Position numbers and translations under genes: made by a program. The notes beneath the pieces are model-generated. The model was not told the origin of the DNA. It did not search any database and saw nothing but the letters and a program-made list of their open reading frames with translations. Shown here piece by piece: positions 1-10,083 of a DNA stretch of 64,000 bases (positions within the stretch are counted from its first letter, which is position 1; every line of letters begins with the position of its first letter). The stretch is from Acidisoma sp. (GTDB lineage Bacteria; Pseudomonadota; Alphaproteobacteria; Acetobacterales; Acetobacteraceae). Location of the stretch: NCBI RefSeq assembly GCF_035492295.1, contig NZ_DATJJK010000021.1, forward strand, positions 3,825 to 67,824, in the 5' to 3' direction.

Positions 1-4
1 GGGT

Positions 5-18
5 TTGATTTCGGTCAA
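5..18 (+). promoter_or_regulatory. FNR/FixK-type box upstream of adhP
   Basis: TTGAT-TTCG-GTCAA against consensus TTGAT-N4-ATCAA (1 mismatch), centred ~60 nt before the adhP ATG, compatible with a class II promoter. Confidence 0.65.
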
Positions 19-71
19 GGCATGAGCCCCGGCTTCGGTGCAGCATCTCTCCAACAACCCGGAGAGTGACG

Positions 72-1103
72 ATGGTTCAGACGATGAAGGCTGCAGTCGT
101 TCGTGAGTTCGGCAAGCCGCTGGTGATTGAGAACCTGCCGATACCCAGGCCCGGCCGAGGCGAGTTGCTGGTCAAGGTCATGGCCTGCGGCGTCTGCCAT
201 ACCGACCTACACGCCGCTGAGGGAGACTGGCCGGTCAAGCCTACGCCGCCCTTCATTCCGGGGCATGAAATCGCGGGTGTCGTGGTGGGCATGGGGCCGG
301 ATGTCACCGGCTTCCGCGAGGGCGACGCCGTGGGCGTCGCTTGGCTGCACGATGCCTGCCTCGCCTGCGAATATTGCGAGACGGGGCGGGAGACACTCTG
401 CGAGCATCAGCACAATACCGGCTACAGCTGCGACGGCGGCTTCGCCGAATATGCCATCGCCTCCGCCGCCTTCGCCGCCCGCCTGCCTGCGGGCGTCGAT
501 TTCGCGGCGGTTTCCCCCATCCTCTGTGCCGGAGTGACCACCTATAAAGGGTTGAAGGAGACCGAGGCGCGGCCCGGCCAATGGGTCGCCATCGCGGGCG
601 TCGGCGGTCTCGGTCATGTCGCCATCCAATATGCCAAGGCAATGGGCATGCATGTTGCCGCCCTCGATGTGACGGATGACAAGCTCGATCTGGCGCGGGC
701 CAGCGGCGCGGACATCGCGATCAATGCCCTGAGCACCACAGCGGCGGCCGAGGTGGTGAAGGCCACCGGCGGCGGCGCGCATGGTGTGCTGGTCACCGCC
801 GTGTCGCGCCCAGCCTTCGCCCAGGCGCTCAGTCTCGTGCGGCGCGGCGGCACGGTTGCCCTCGTCGGCCTGCCGCCCGGTGATTTCCCGACACCGATCT
901 TCGATGTCGTGCTCAAGCGTATCACTGTGCGCGGCTCCATCGTCGGCACCCGCCGGGACCTGGACGAGGCGATTGCCTTCGCGACGGAGGGCAAGGTCCA
1001 TGCCGAGATCACCCGCGCGCCGCTTTCGGACATCAACGCTATCTTCGACCGCATGAAGGCGGGCAGGATCGACGGCCGCATGGTGCTGGATTTCGCCGGC
1101 TGA
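72..1103 (+). CDS. adhP: Zinc-dependent alcohol dehydrogenase (AdhP/AdhA type)
   Basis: CGVCHTD, GHE, structural-Zn Cys cluster (CLACEYCETGRETLC), GVGGLG Rossmann motif; GGAGAG RBS favours ATG 72 over GTG 66. Confidence 0.92.
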   Translation: MVQTMKAAVVREFGKPLVIENLPIPRPGRGELLVKVMACGVCHTDLHAAEGDWPVKPTPPFIPGHEIAGVVVGMGPDVTGFREGDAVGVAWLHDACLACEYCETGRETLCEHQHNTGYSCDGGFAEYAIASAAFAARLPAGVDFAAVSPILCAGVTTYKGLKETEARPGQWVAIAGVGGLGHVAIQYAKAMGMHVAALDVTDDKLDLARASGADIAINALSTTAAAEVVKATGGGAHGVLVTAVSRPAFAQALSLVRRGGTVALVGLPPGDFPTPIFDVVLKRITVRGSIVGTRRDLDEAIAFATEGKVHAEITRAPLSDINAIFDRMKAGRIDGRMVLDFAG

Positions 1104-1398
1104 CCTTCCGGCCTTGGCACAGCCGCTGCGTGAGCCCGCTCGCTTGCTTGATTGCACGCGCGCCGGATCCAGATAGAGTTTTCGTACCGTGACGCCCGGC
1201 CTCCCGACGGGCGTCGATATCGGCGGCTCTGCGGTCAAGCCGGGTTTGATGACTACGACGGGCGCGGTGCTCGGCCGCCGCGCCCCCCTCCGATCCGAAC
1301 TACAGTTTTGATCCTTGCGCCATGGCGATCGGCCGGTGACCGGTCTGTGATCCTGCCGGCGCTCGCCAAGCGGCGCCGGCTCGGCTAGGCCTGGGGTC

Positions 1399-2661
1399 AT
1401 GCAGGTCGCGCCCGCCCTCCGCCGTCTTTTGACTTTCCCACGCACCCGGTCTCTCTGGCGGCGCATCTATCATCGTGGGCGGCTCGATCTCTGGTTCCCG
1501 CAACTGCCGCTGGCGCTCGCCGTGGGTGTCGCCGGTGGCCTCGCTCTGCTGCCGGCCGTCACCCGCTACCTCGACGACTATCTTCACCTGAAATTCGCCG
1601 GACTCACCAGTTCGTTGCATCCCCTGGCCATGAGCGTGCCCGAACTCATCCTCAAGGGCGTGCCCAATGCCGCGATCGGTGCGGTGCAGCTGCTGGTCGC
1701 GATCGGCCTCATCCTGCGCTCCCGCTTCGCCTGGGTCACGGCGCTGCTGATGACTTTGGCGCAGGTCGCGATCGCCATCGGCTACAATCACCAGGCCTTC
1801 TATGCACCCAACGTGCTCTACGTCATGGCGCTCTTTGTGGCGCTCCTTGTTTCAGGCGGGGCCTTCACGCGCTCATCGGTCACCGCCAGCACCCTCTTCG
1901 CCTTCGCCGCAACCATGCTGCTGCTGGCTTACGGCGTTCTCGGCTCGCTCTTCCTCGGACAGGGCTTCGCCCCGCCGATCAATGACCTGCAGCAGGCGGT
2001 CTACTTCACCGTCGTGACGATGAGCACCGTCGGCTATGGTGACATTCTGCCGAAGACCGACGATGCACGGCTCTTCGTTGTCTCCCTCATCGTGGTGGGG
2101 ATCACTGTCTTCGTGACCACGCTCTCCGCCCTCGTCGGCCCCATTCTGCAGGGCCGGCTGTCTCATATCCTCGAACCCAGAGGGGCCAAGAAGATGCGCC
2201 GCGTGGACCACTACATCATTGCCGGCACAGGGGCGCTCGCCCGCAATACCGCGCGCGAGCTGGTACAGCGCGGCCTCGGACTTGTCGTCATCACCGATGA
2301 CGAGACAGCGAGGGTCGACGGAGCGGAGATGGAGTTGGGTGACGCGACGGACCTTGACGTGCTGCGCCGGGCCGGCGCCGAGAATGCGCGGGCGGTTCTT
2401 GCGCTGTCGGAGGACGATGCCGAGAACGCCTTCGTCATTCTGGCATTGAAGGATCTCGATAGTCCGGCGAAGAAGATCGCGGCGGTGAACGCGCGCAAGA
2501 ACATGGAGCGCGTACGCCGCGTTCAGCCCGACATGATCATGGCGCCCAACGTCTTCGGTGGCGAGGTGCTGGCCATGGCGCTGACCGAGGAGAAGATCGA
2601 CGGCGAGAAGCTGATGGAGCGCTACCTGGACGTGCGCGCCGCCGGCAACAGCCCGGCGTAG
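1399..2661 (+). CDS. kch: Potassium channel protein with C-terminal RCK/TrkA domain (Kch type)
   Basis: Multiple TM helices, selectivity filter TVGYGD, C-terminal HYIIAGTG...GDATDLDVLRRAG RCK domain. Confidence 0.85.
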   Translation: MQVAPALRRLLTFPRTRSLWRRIYHRGRLDLWFPQLPLALAVGVAGGLALLPAVTRYLDDYLHLKFAGLTSSLHPLAMSVPELILKGVPNAAIGAVQLLVAIGLILRSRFAWVTALLMTLAQVAIAIGYNHQAFYAPNVLYVMALFVALLVSGGAFTRSSVTASTLFAFAATMLLLAYGVLGSLFLGQGFAPPINDLQQAVYFTVVTMSTVGYGDILPKTDDARLFVVSLIVVGITVFVTTLSALVGPILQGRLSHILEPRGAKKMRRVDHYIIAGTGALARNTARELVQRGLGLVVITDDETARVDGAEMELGDATDLDVLRRAGAENARAVLALSEDDAENAFVILALKDLDSPAKKIAAVNARKNMERVRRVQPDMIMAPNVFGGEVLAMALTEEKIDGEKLMERYLDVRAAGNSPA

Positions 2662-2725
2662 CGCGACGTCCGAATGGCCTGGAGCGCGGCGGCCCCCGCT
2701 ATTCGGACGCCCAATCGGAAGCGCC

Positions 2726-3679
2726 CTACAGCGACCGAGCCTTCGGCAGAAGGGTGCGTAGATAGTCGCGATTCCGCGCACAGACGCTCAGGCCATCGCC
2801 GCCATAGTGTTCAACCAGAAATGCACTCTTAAAGCCCGCCTGAATGGCCATTTTCACGGCGATCCGGTAGCTGATCAGGCCGTATTCCAACGGCGCCGGC
2901 ATTGTCACGACCGCACCTGTCGCCGGATCTTCGTCGCGAAAATAGTTCTTCACGTGCCAATATCTGGCGTAGGGCACTGTCTTTTCGAGCATGATCTGCC
3001 ATTTCTCGATCGGACGGTGAAGGCGGATCAGATTGCCTAGGTCGAGGTTGAGGCCGACCGCCGGATGGTCGACATCGGTCACGAGCCGCACTGCACTATC
3101 TGCAGTTCCCAGATATGTATCCTCATACATTTCCAGAGAGACTTCGATACCCATTTCCGCCGCGTGGCGCCCAAGTTCCCGAATGCAGGACACGGCGTGC
3201 CGCCAAACAGCAGGATCATCGGGGTTTGTCACGCCAGGCTTGGTCCAAAACCAGAGGACTTCCTTTTGCGCGGCTGAGAGGGGGCCGAACAAGCCGAAGG
3301 ACACGGCTTTGGCGCCGATCGCGGCCGCTGTATCGATCAGCCGATGACTATACTCGAGATACTCACTGCCATGTTCGGGATCTATCACGCTCCGACGGGA
3401 GGTGGAAATAGCCGGTATTCTGAGGCCGAGTGACGTAACCACACTCATGAATTCATCGAGACGTCGAGGGGCAAGGTCTGCGACACGCAGCCAGGAATCG
3501 GTCGGATCGAGATCCGTGAAACCTGCGTCGACAATATCCTCCAGCGTCGCTGCCCACCCTTCAGCTGATTGTTCCTGAACGGACGTTCCATCGGCCAGAA
3601 CATTGGGATATTGGATCATCGCGGCGGCGATCGGCCAGTTATCCCGCGTCCAGACGTCGTTGTAAGGCGTGACAGGCAT
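2726..3679 (-). CDS. Sugar phosphate isomerase/epimerase family (xylose isomerase-like TIM barrel)
   Basis: SLEMYEDTYLG, LNLDLGN, HVKN, VEHYGGD metal-ligand pattern; start moved to MPVTP (3679). Confidence 0.8.
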   Translation of the reverse strand: MPVTPYNDVWTRDNWPIAAAMIQYPNVLADGTSVQEQSAEGWAATLEDIVDAGFTDLDPTDSWLRVADLAPRRLDEFMSVVTSLGLRIPAISTSRRSVIDPEHGSEYLEYSHRLIDTAAAIGAKAVSFGLFGPLSAAQKEVLWFWTKPGVTNPDDPAVWRHAVSCIRELGRHAAEMGIEVSLEMYEDTYLGTADSAVRLVTDVDHPAVGLNLDLGNLIRLHRPIEKWQIMLEKTVPYARYWHVKNYFRDEDPATGAVVTMPAPLEYGLISYRIAVKMAIQAGFKSAFLVEHYGGDGLSVCARNRDYLRTLLPKARSL

Positions 3680-3724
3680 ATCTACTACTCCACAATTCCG
3701 AATTTTGGATCGGATCAAGGCACC

Positions 3725-4579
3725 TTAGACGCCTGAACCTTCCCATTGACCGCGCAAGAAATCATGCCCCTGTTGATAGACTTCCTCTTCTGAGGGGAAG
3801 AAGTCACGCCAGACGCGTGTGGCTGCTGCCACCTGCGGCAGCGCGCGGCCGAATGCCTCTATGACAAACCATCCGTCATAGCGAGCCGAGCGAAGGGCAG
3901 ATAAGGTCGCAGCCCAAGGAATATGGCCCTTGCCCGGCGTTCCGCGATCATTTTCCGAAAGATGCACATGGCTGATCTGGCCTATGCATGGATCTATGAT
4001 CCCAACCGGATCCTTCTCCTCAATATTGGCGTGGAAGGTGTCGTAGAGCAGACCATAATTCGGCTCTGCCACCTGCCGCACCAGCTCAGCTGCACTTGAT
4101 ACGGTGTTGATGATGTATGTCTCGAAGCGATTGAGGGGCTCGACCGCGAGGCGCATCTTTTTCCGGCCCGCATAGACAGCGGCTTCCTTGTGGACCCCGG
4201 CGACGAAGTCGATCTCGTCGCGGGTGGGTGGCGCGCCGGAAAACACTCCGAGCGGGTGGTAGAAAGGTCCGCACAGAAGCTCTCCGCCGGCGGCTTCGAG
4301 ACAGTCTGTGGCCCATTTGATGTGATCCAGTCCAGCCTGCCTGGATGCGGCCGTGCTGCTGGCGCAACTCCGTGCCTCGTCCGGGATGACGGCAATGCCT
4401 GTGCACTGCAAACCATTGTCCCGCAGTGCCAGGCCGATCTGCCTGTAGTGCTCGGGCGTTCCCTCGAAGAGCGGCAGTTCGACGCCATCATAGCCAACTT
4501 TCTTCAGGCGCTCGAACAGGGGAAAGTGATCCTCTGTGACGAACGGTGTCCACAGCAGCATATTGAGGCCGAGCAACAT
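3725..4579 (-). CDS. D-psicose/D-tagatose 3-epimerase family protein
   Basis: EPLNRFE, YDTFHANIEE, HLSENDRGTPG and IEAF motifs of ketose 3-epimerases. Confidence 0.85.
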   Translation of the reverse strand: MLLGLNMLLWTPFVTEDHFPLFERLKKVGYDGVELPLFEGTPEHYRQIGLALRDNGLQCTGIAVIPDEARSCASSTAASRQAGLDHIKWATDCLEAAGGELLCGPFYHPLGVFSGAPPTRDEIDFVAGVHKEAAVYAGRKKMRLAVEPLNRFETYIINTVSSAAELVRQVAEPNYGLLYDTFHANIEEKDPVGIIDPCIGQISHVHLSENDRGTPGKGHIPWAATLSALRSARYDGWFVIEAFGRALPQVAAATRVWRDFFPSEEEVYQQGHDFLRGQWEGSGV

Positions 4580-4706
4580 GGCACATTCTCCTCTTCCCGG
4601 GACTAGGCTGTACGATCAGCATCCACACTTAGACGCCACCGCAATCATCACATTCACTCTGCCACAGGGGTCTTTTCGCTGTTGCGTGTAGATTACAAAA
4701 GAACAG

Positions 4707-5417
4707 TTAGTGGCTATCAACGAGGCTTAACGTGTTTTGAAGTGACGTGTCGAGATGCTGTCCCATCGCCTCGATTGCCGCTTCCGCGTCATGCGCGCCG
4801 AGCGCACGTGCTATCGCGCGATGCTGCACGATCGTGACCTCGCCCCAGCCAGGTTGCGGAATAGACAGATAGCGTCCTCGGTCCATCTGTGCTTTCGAGA
4901 TGTCAACGGCACGCCAAAGCATGGAAAGGCCGTTGATCTCGGCGATCGCTCGATGAAATTGATCGTCCAGTCGAATAGCCTCGGCATAGCGTTTGCGGTG
5001 TATCGCGGTCTGATGAGCGGCGATGATGTCGTCTAGTCGCTTTGTGTCTGCCTTGGTTGTCACCTCAGCCGCGCGGCGACAGCTTTCAAGCTCGAGTGCC
5101 TTTCTAATGATATAGGCCTCTTCCAACTCCGATCCGGAGATGTCAGCCACGAAAGTACCGGCTTTCGCGTAGACGTTGATCAATCCTTCGTCGCTGAGCC
5201 GTTTGACTGCCTCCCGCACTGGGGTTCGTGAGACGCCGAGTTGGTCTGCGATTTCGACCTCATTGACCGGCTGTCTTGGTCGGAGTTGGCCGATGATCAC
5301 CAAGGTGCGGATCAGCTGGTAAATCTGGTCCCGCAATGGCAATTTGCGGTCCAGCGTTACCAGCTGCAACTGTAATACCGGCGCTTCGACCAAGGTTCCC
5401 TCGTTTGCTTGCGGCAT
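4707..5417 (-). CDS. GntR-family transcriptional regulator (FCD domain)
   Basis: wHTH LGVSRTPVREA; FCD DDQFHRAI...QHRAIARAL. Confidence 0.9.
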   Translation of the reverse strand: MPQANEGTLVEAPVLQLQLVTLDRKLPLRDQIYQLIRTLVIIGQLRPRQPVNEVEIADQLGVSRTPVREAVKRLSDEGLINVYAKAGTFVADISGSELEEAYIIRKALELESCRRAAEVTTKADTKRLDDIIAAHQTAIHRKRYAEAIRLDDQFHRAIAEINGLSMLWRAVDISKAQMDRGRYLSIPQPGWGEVTIVQHRAIARALGAHDAEAAIEAMGQHLDTSLQNTLSLVDSH

Positions 5418-5488
5418 AGTTCGCGGCGTCGCAGCAAATCTGCACTACGACCCACCGAGCTTTCAGTGCCGGGGCGCGCTGCCGTCAT

Positions 5489-5499
5489 TGTTATATCAG
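5489..5499 (-). promoter_or_regulatory. Candidate GntR operator (CTGATATAACA, copy facing gntR)
   Basis: TGTTATATCAG is the exact reverse complement of 5683-5693; lies in the divergent gntR intergenic region. Confidence 0.5.
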
Positions 5500-5682
5500 C
5501 GTGATGGACCAGAACCGGCCAAGTTGACGTTCTTCTCCCAGACGCGGCCATCCACTTAAAGATATTTTAACAAAAAAGGCAAGTAAAACCGTAATTTAGT
5601 CCGTTCAGGGCGCCAGTTTTGGGAAGGAATGATATGCAGAAAAATCTCCCGAGACATAGATGGAGCCGCTTGACACGCCCGA

Positions 5683-5694
5683 CTGATATAACAG
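5683..5694 (+). promoter_or_regulatory. Candidate GntR operator (CTGATATAACAG)
   Basis: Near-palindrome just downstream of TTGACA (5670-5675); related sites at 5489-5499 and 4608-4619. Confidence 0.5.
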
Positions 5695-5888
5695 AAGGTG
5701 AGCATGCGCTCAAATCGGCCGGTTTTATAATGGCCGTCAAGCGTGGGGGAGACGGTCTCGTTTCGTGACGGCGACCAGAGCGGCGTCCATTGGGCTGCCG
5801 AATTTCTGTATGCGCTGTCGTCCGGGAAACGATCCTCGATACCGTCAGCTGCCGAGAGGCGGCGGATGAGGCAGGGAGGACGAACAGC

Positions 5889-6941
5889 ATGGCGCAGCAG
5901 AACAATTATCCCAAGCTGCACAACGCGGCATGGCCGGGCGTGGTAGGCAAAGGGGCGCCTCCGGCCGAGCCGATCATTCCGCTCGATACATTGCTTGAGC
6001 TGACCGCTAATGCTGAGGTCGATGGCCAGGAGTTTGACGGCATTGATCTGTGGCTGGCAGATCCACACATTTCGATCGATAGCGACAAGGACCAGGTTAA
6101 ACGCGCAGTTGAGCATATCGCGCGCTATGGCCTGAAAGTCGGGTCATTTGTGGCGCCCGTTTGGGCCGGTGCCGGTGGCGGCTCCGCGATGGGTTCCGAA
6201 GACGATCGCAAGCGCTTTGTGAGCCAAGTGCGGAAAGCGGCGGCAATCGGACAGCAGATGCGCGAATTCGGGATCCGACCCACAGGTGGCATACGCGTCG
6301 ACTCATCGACGAGTGTGTCGGAGTGGGACAAGGATCCCAAGGGCAACACGCTACTGATTGCCCAGACCTTTCGCGAAGCCGGCAAGGCGGCTCAGGACCA
6401 CGGCGAATTCATCGTGGCAGAAGGCGAGATCTGCTGGGGAGGCATGCAGTCCTGGCGGGAGAACGTCAACCTCCTCGAAGAAGTCGGCATGCCTGGCGTT
6501 GTAGGCTATCAGGCCGACATGGCCCATTCGATGCTCTTCACCCTCGGCTATAACGCGGAGAAGGATCGACTTCTTCCGGAAGATTATGACTGGACTGATC
6601 GTTCGGTGCTGGACGTGGCGTACAAAAAAGTTGCCGATGCGCTGCGCCCCTGGACGTTTGATTTCCATGTCGCGCAGAATGACGGCACAGTGTTCGGCTC
6701 GGGTGATCATGAAAAGACCGGGCGGCATGTACAGGTGACAGATCCCAATGGGAAGCTCGATATCACCAAACACGCCGGCTATTGGTTGCGCGATGACCGC
6801 GGCGAACTGACCAGGCGGATGCGTCACATCTCTTGGGATGGCTGCATGTTTCCCAATTCTGTGATGACCGCTCAGCAGACCTGGAATGACGTTCTGGGCG
6901 CCATGCTCAAGGTACGCGAAGCCCACGGCTGGCGCGAGTAA
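5889..6941 (+). CDS. TIM-barrel sugar phosphate isomerase/epimerase-like protein
   Basis: [16 protein letters not shown]-terminus, [24 protein letters not shown]; GGAGGA RBS before ATG 5889. Confidence 0.78.
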   Translation: MAQQNNYPKLHNAAWPGVVGKGAPPAEPIIPLDTLLELTANAEVDGQEFDGIDLWLADPHISIDSDKDQVKRAVEHIARYGLKVGSFVAPVWAGAGGGSAMGSEDDRKRFVSQVRKAAAIGQQMREFGIRPTGGIRVDSSTSVSEWDKDPKGNTLLIAQTFREAGKAAQDHGEFIVAEGEICWGGMQSWRENVNLLEEVGMPGVVGYQADMAHSMLFTLGYNAEKDRLLPEDYDWTDRSVLDVAYKKVADALRPWTFDFHVAQNDGTVFGSGDHEKTGRHVQVTDPNGKLDITKHAGYWLRDDRGELTRRMRHISWDGCMFPNSVMTAQQTWNDVLGAMLKVREAHGWRE

Positions 6942-6964
6942 CCCGGGATCCAGGCAACACACAA

Positions 6965-8107
6965 ATGGAAAAGAAAAAACTCAACGTTGGCCTTGTCGGC
7001 GCTGGATTCATGGGGCGCACCCATAGCAACGCCTTCCGGCAAGTCGGTGAATTCTTCAAGCTCGACTATCAGCCGGTGCTAAAGGCGGTCGCCACGCGCA
7101 ACGCGCAGAGTGCCGCGGACTTCGCGGTCAACTGGGGCTTTGAGAGTTGGGAAGACGACTGGCGTAAGTTGATCGAGCGCAAGGATATCGACGTCATCGA
7201 TATCGCAAGCCCGAACGATACGCATGCCGAAATCGCTATCGCCGCCGCACAGGCCGGAAAAATGGTGATGAGCGAGAAGCCGCTGGGTCGCAACGCCGCA
7301 GAATCAGAGCAGATGGTTGCGGCGGTGGAAGCGGCCAAGGTGCCCAACATGGTATGGTACAATTACCGGCGGGTGCCGGCCGTCACGCTCGCCAAGCAAC
7401 TGATTGATGACGGTCGGCTTGGCCGCATCTTCCATTATCGGGCGAAATTCCTGCAGGACTGGACGATATCGGCAGATGTGCCACAGGGGGGGGCAGGGAC
7501 CTGGCGTCTAGATGCTCAGGTCGCCGGCAGCGGTGTAACCGGCGATTTGCTGGCGCACTGCATCGACACAGCACTTTGGTTCAATGGTTCGATCGACAGC
7601 GTGACGGCGGCGACCGAGACCTTCGTCAAGCAGCGGACGCACGCGGTGAGTGGCAAGGTCGAGGATGTCAAGATTGACGACGCTAGCGCCTTCCTCGCCC
7701 GCTTTCACAACGGTTCGCTCGCGACCTTTGAGGCGACCCGTTATGCGCGTGGGCACAAGGCGCTTTACACGCTTGAAATCAATGGCGAGCACGCGTCCAT
7801 TGCCTGGGACCTGCATGACCTGCATCGGCTGTCATTCTTCGATCATGGCGATGAGGGGCAACTACGTGGCTGGCGTTCCATCCACATAACCGATGGCGAT
7901 CATCCTTATATGCGTCACTGGTGGGTGCCGGGTCTGCAGATCGGCTACGAGCATACCTTCATCCACCAGGCGGCTGATTTCATCCAAGGCCTGAGCAGTG
8001 GCCAACCGGCGACACCGACCTTTCGCGACGCGCTGAAGACCGATTATGTCACGGATGCGGTGCTGGCCTCCGCGCGATCGGGCCGTTGGGAGCAGGTCAG
8101 GAGCTGA
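6965..8107 (+). CDS. Gfo/Idh/MocA oxidoreductase (levoglucosan dehydrogenase-like)
   Basis: [23 protein letters not shown] motifs. Confidence 0.88.
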   Translation: MEKKKLNVGLVGAGFMGRTHSNAFRQVGEFFKLDYQPVLKAVATRNAQSAADFAVNWGFESWEDDWRKLIERKDIDVIDIASPNDTHAEIAIAAAQAGKMVMSEKPLGRNAAESEQMVAAVEAAKVPNMVWYNYRRVPAVTLAKQLIDDGRLGRIFHYRAKFLQDWTISADVPQGGAGTWRLDAQVAGSGVTGDLLAHCIDTALWFNGSIDSVTAATETFVKQRTHAVSGKVEDVKIDDASAFLARFHNGSLATFEATRYARGHKALYTLEINGEHASIAWDLHDLHRLSFFDHGDEGQLRGWRSIHITDGDHPYMRHWWVPGLQIGYEHTFIHQAADFIQGLSSGQPATPTFRDALKTDYVTDAVLASARSGRWEQVRS

Positions 8108-8581
8108 GCGCCATAACGACGGTCGATTGGGCGACCACGCTGCCGATCCGGGTGCAGGGTGTGGCCAAAAGCTTTCTTGCCACGCGCCATTGAGGGCTGA
8201 TTGGACTTGCCCCGCCAGGGGCAATCGGTCATGTTTGATGAAGTAATAAAGTCGGTGTCAAAAGTGCCGATAGACGAAACGGTACCTCTAAACCTGGTCC
8301 TCGCGCTTGCGGAATAATCGCGCCCATACGAGTAAGCGAGATGCCACCGATGCAACGCGGGGGCTTGGATGTCGGATTGGCCGCGATGAACGGCTTTGGT
8401 GACAGGGCGGGCTGTTCGCTCGTGGCGAGGTGGGGCGGTTAAAGCGCTTTTGGCTAGGCCGGGAAGCCAGGCTTTAGTCCAAAGGAAGTATTCAGCGATG
8501 TTGCAGCCACCTCGGTGAAACGGCTAACGTTACGCAGAATAAAAGTCCGCACAAAGTGGACGATAAAAAAGGAAATGGGGC

Positions 8582-10081
8582 ATGTCTGAGAAAGAGCCTT
8601 CTTTGCCTGCGCTCACCCTACCGACTGACAGCCTATCCCTGCCGCGACGCAGCCTGCTGACAGGGGCGGCCGCATTGGGAGCGACGGCACTCTATGCGCC
8701 AAACATCGCCCGTGCTCAGGGCAAGGAGGCGCACCCCCTCGCCGGGAAGTCGATCCATATGTCGATCCTCGGCGTTGCCGGTTGGCTGCCGAGCAGCCTC
8801 GGCGTCGACATGTCTCCGGACTTCGCAAAATACGTCAAGGACCGCTACAACTACGACGTGACCTTCTCCTTCGCCGGTGCGCCATTCGGCGCGTTGTTCC
8901 AGAAAGCCGCCACTTCTCTGGCGACCAAGAGCCAAGAGTACAACATCATCATCAGCGACAGCCAATGGCTCGGCGCGCTGGCGACACCGAAATGGATCGT
9001 CAAGCTTAACGACATCATTGCCAAGGATCCGGCGCTCAACATCGACTGGTATGCGCCGGTGGTGCGCGCGGCCTATCAGGTCTATCCGGACGGCACCGAC
9101 AACCTCTACGGCTTTCCGCAGGTCGGCGATGTCGAAGGCATCTTCATCCGCAAGGACTGGCTGGAAGCGCCCGGCGAGGCTGACGCCTACAAGGCCAAAT
9201 ACGGCACGCCGATGCCGATGACCTGGGAAGACTTCGAGAAGATGGATTTGGACGATTGGAAGAAGCTGGTTGCCTTCTTCAACCGTCCGGAGAAGGGCTA
9301 TTACGGCATCGCGATGCAGTATTCCCGCGAATACGACGCGGTCAGCTGCCCCCTGATTTCCTTCATCCGCAGCATGGGCGGCGATATCTGGGACCCCAAG
9401 ACAGGGCAGGTCGAGGGGATTATGAACACGCCTCTCAACGCGAAGGCCATGGAACTCTATAAGTCCATGCTGCAGTGGAATCCGCCGGGTGCGCTGAACT
9501 ACTTCATCGCCGAAGTCGTCGATGCCTTCACCCAGGGCAAGGTCTTTGCCGCTTGGCAGTGGGTGGCGACTGGTGCGACGATGGTGCCGGACGCCCTCAA
9601 GGGCAAGGTGATGGTGGTGCCCCCGCCTGGCTTCAAGGATGCCAGCGGGAAGCTCAACCGCAATTACATCATCGGCGGTCAGCCATGGGTCATCAACGCC
9701 TTCAATGATGACGCCCATATGCGCGTCGCCTTCGACTTCATGCGCTGGTGGTACCTGCCGGAGACATCGGCCAACTATCTCAAGCGGGGTGGCCTGCCTT
9801 GCGACAAGGCGACACTCACCAGTCCCGGCTTTGATGACGTCTATCCATGGAACCGCACCTATAAATACATGCTGCAGCGGAGCACGGACTTCTGGCATGA
9901 TCCGCGCTACGCGGAAATGTTGGCGACCCAGCAGGAAGGTTGGACCGGTTACATGACCGGGCAGTTGAAAAATCCCGCGCATGTGCTGGATTATATTGCC
10001 TGCCGGCAGCAGGGCATCCTGTATGATGAGGGTACCGCGGACAAAGCGCCGAGCGGCGCCTGCAACGGTATTCGGCTTTAA
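8582..10081 (+). CDS. Carbohydrate ABC transporter substrate-binding protein, Tat signal
   Basis: PRRSLLTGAAALG...ARAQ twin-arginine leader; CUT1 SBP-like body; first gene of an ABC operon. Confidence 0.85.
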   Translation: MSEKEPSLPALTLPTDSLSLPRRSLLTGAAALGATALYAPNIARAQGKEAHPLAGKSIHMSILGVAGWLPSSLGVDMSPDFAKYVKDRYNYDVTFSFAGAPFGALFQKAATSLATKSQEYNIIISDSQWLGALATPKWIVKLNDIIAKDPALNIDWYAPVVRAAYQVYPDGTDNLYGFPQVGDVEGIFIRKDWLEAPGEADAYKAKYGTPMPMTWEDFEKMDLDDWKKLVAFFNRPEKGYYGIAMQYSREYDAVSCPLISFIRSMGGDIWDPKTGQVEGIMNTPLNAKAMELYKSMLQWNPPGALNYFIAEVVDAFTQGKVFAAWQWVATGATMVPDALKGKVMVVPPPGFKDASGKLNRNYIIGGQPWVINAFNDDAHMRVAFDFMRWWYLPETSANYLKRGGLPCDKATLTSPGFDDVYPWNRTYKYMLQRSTDFWHDPRYAEMLATQQEGWTGYMTGQLKNPAHVLDYIACRQQGILYDEGTADKAPSGACNGIRL

Positions 10082-10083
10082 GC

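Noticed and set aside
8441-8532. Short palindromes AAAGCGCTTT and TAACGTTA upstream of the SBP gene
   Set aside because: LacI-like but short, mutually different and with no cognate LacI nearby
8633-9982. Long antisense ORFs (also 207-1466, 1873-2781, 23826-25265, 33933-34850 and similar)
   Set aside because: Shadow frames opposite well-supported genes, expected in high-GC DNA
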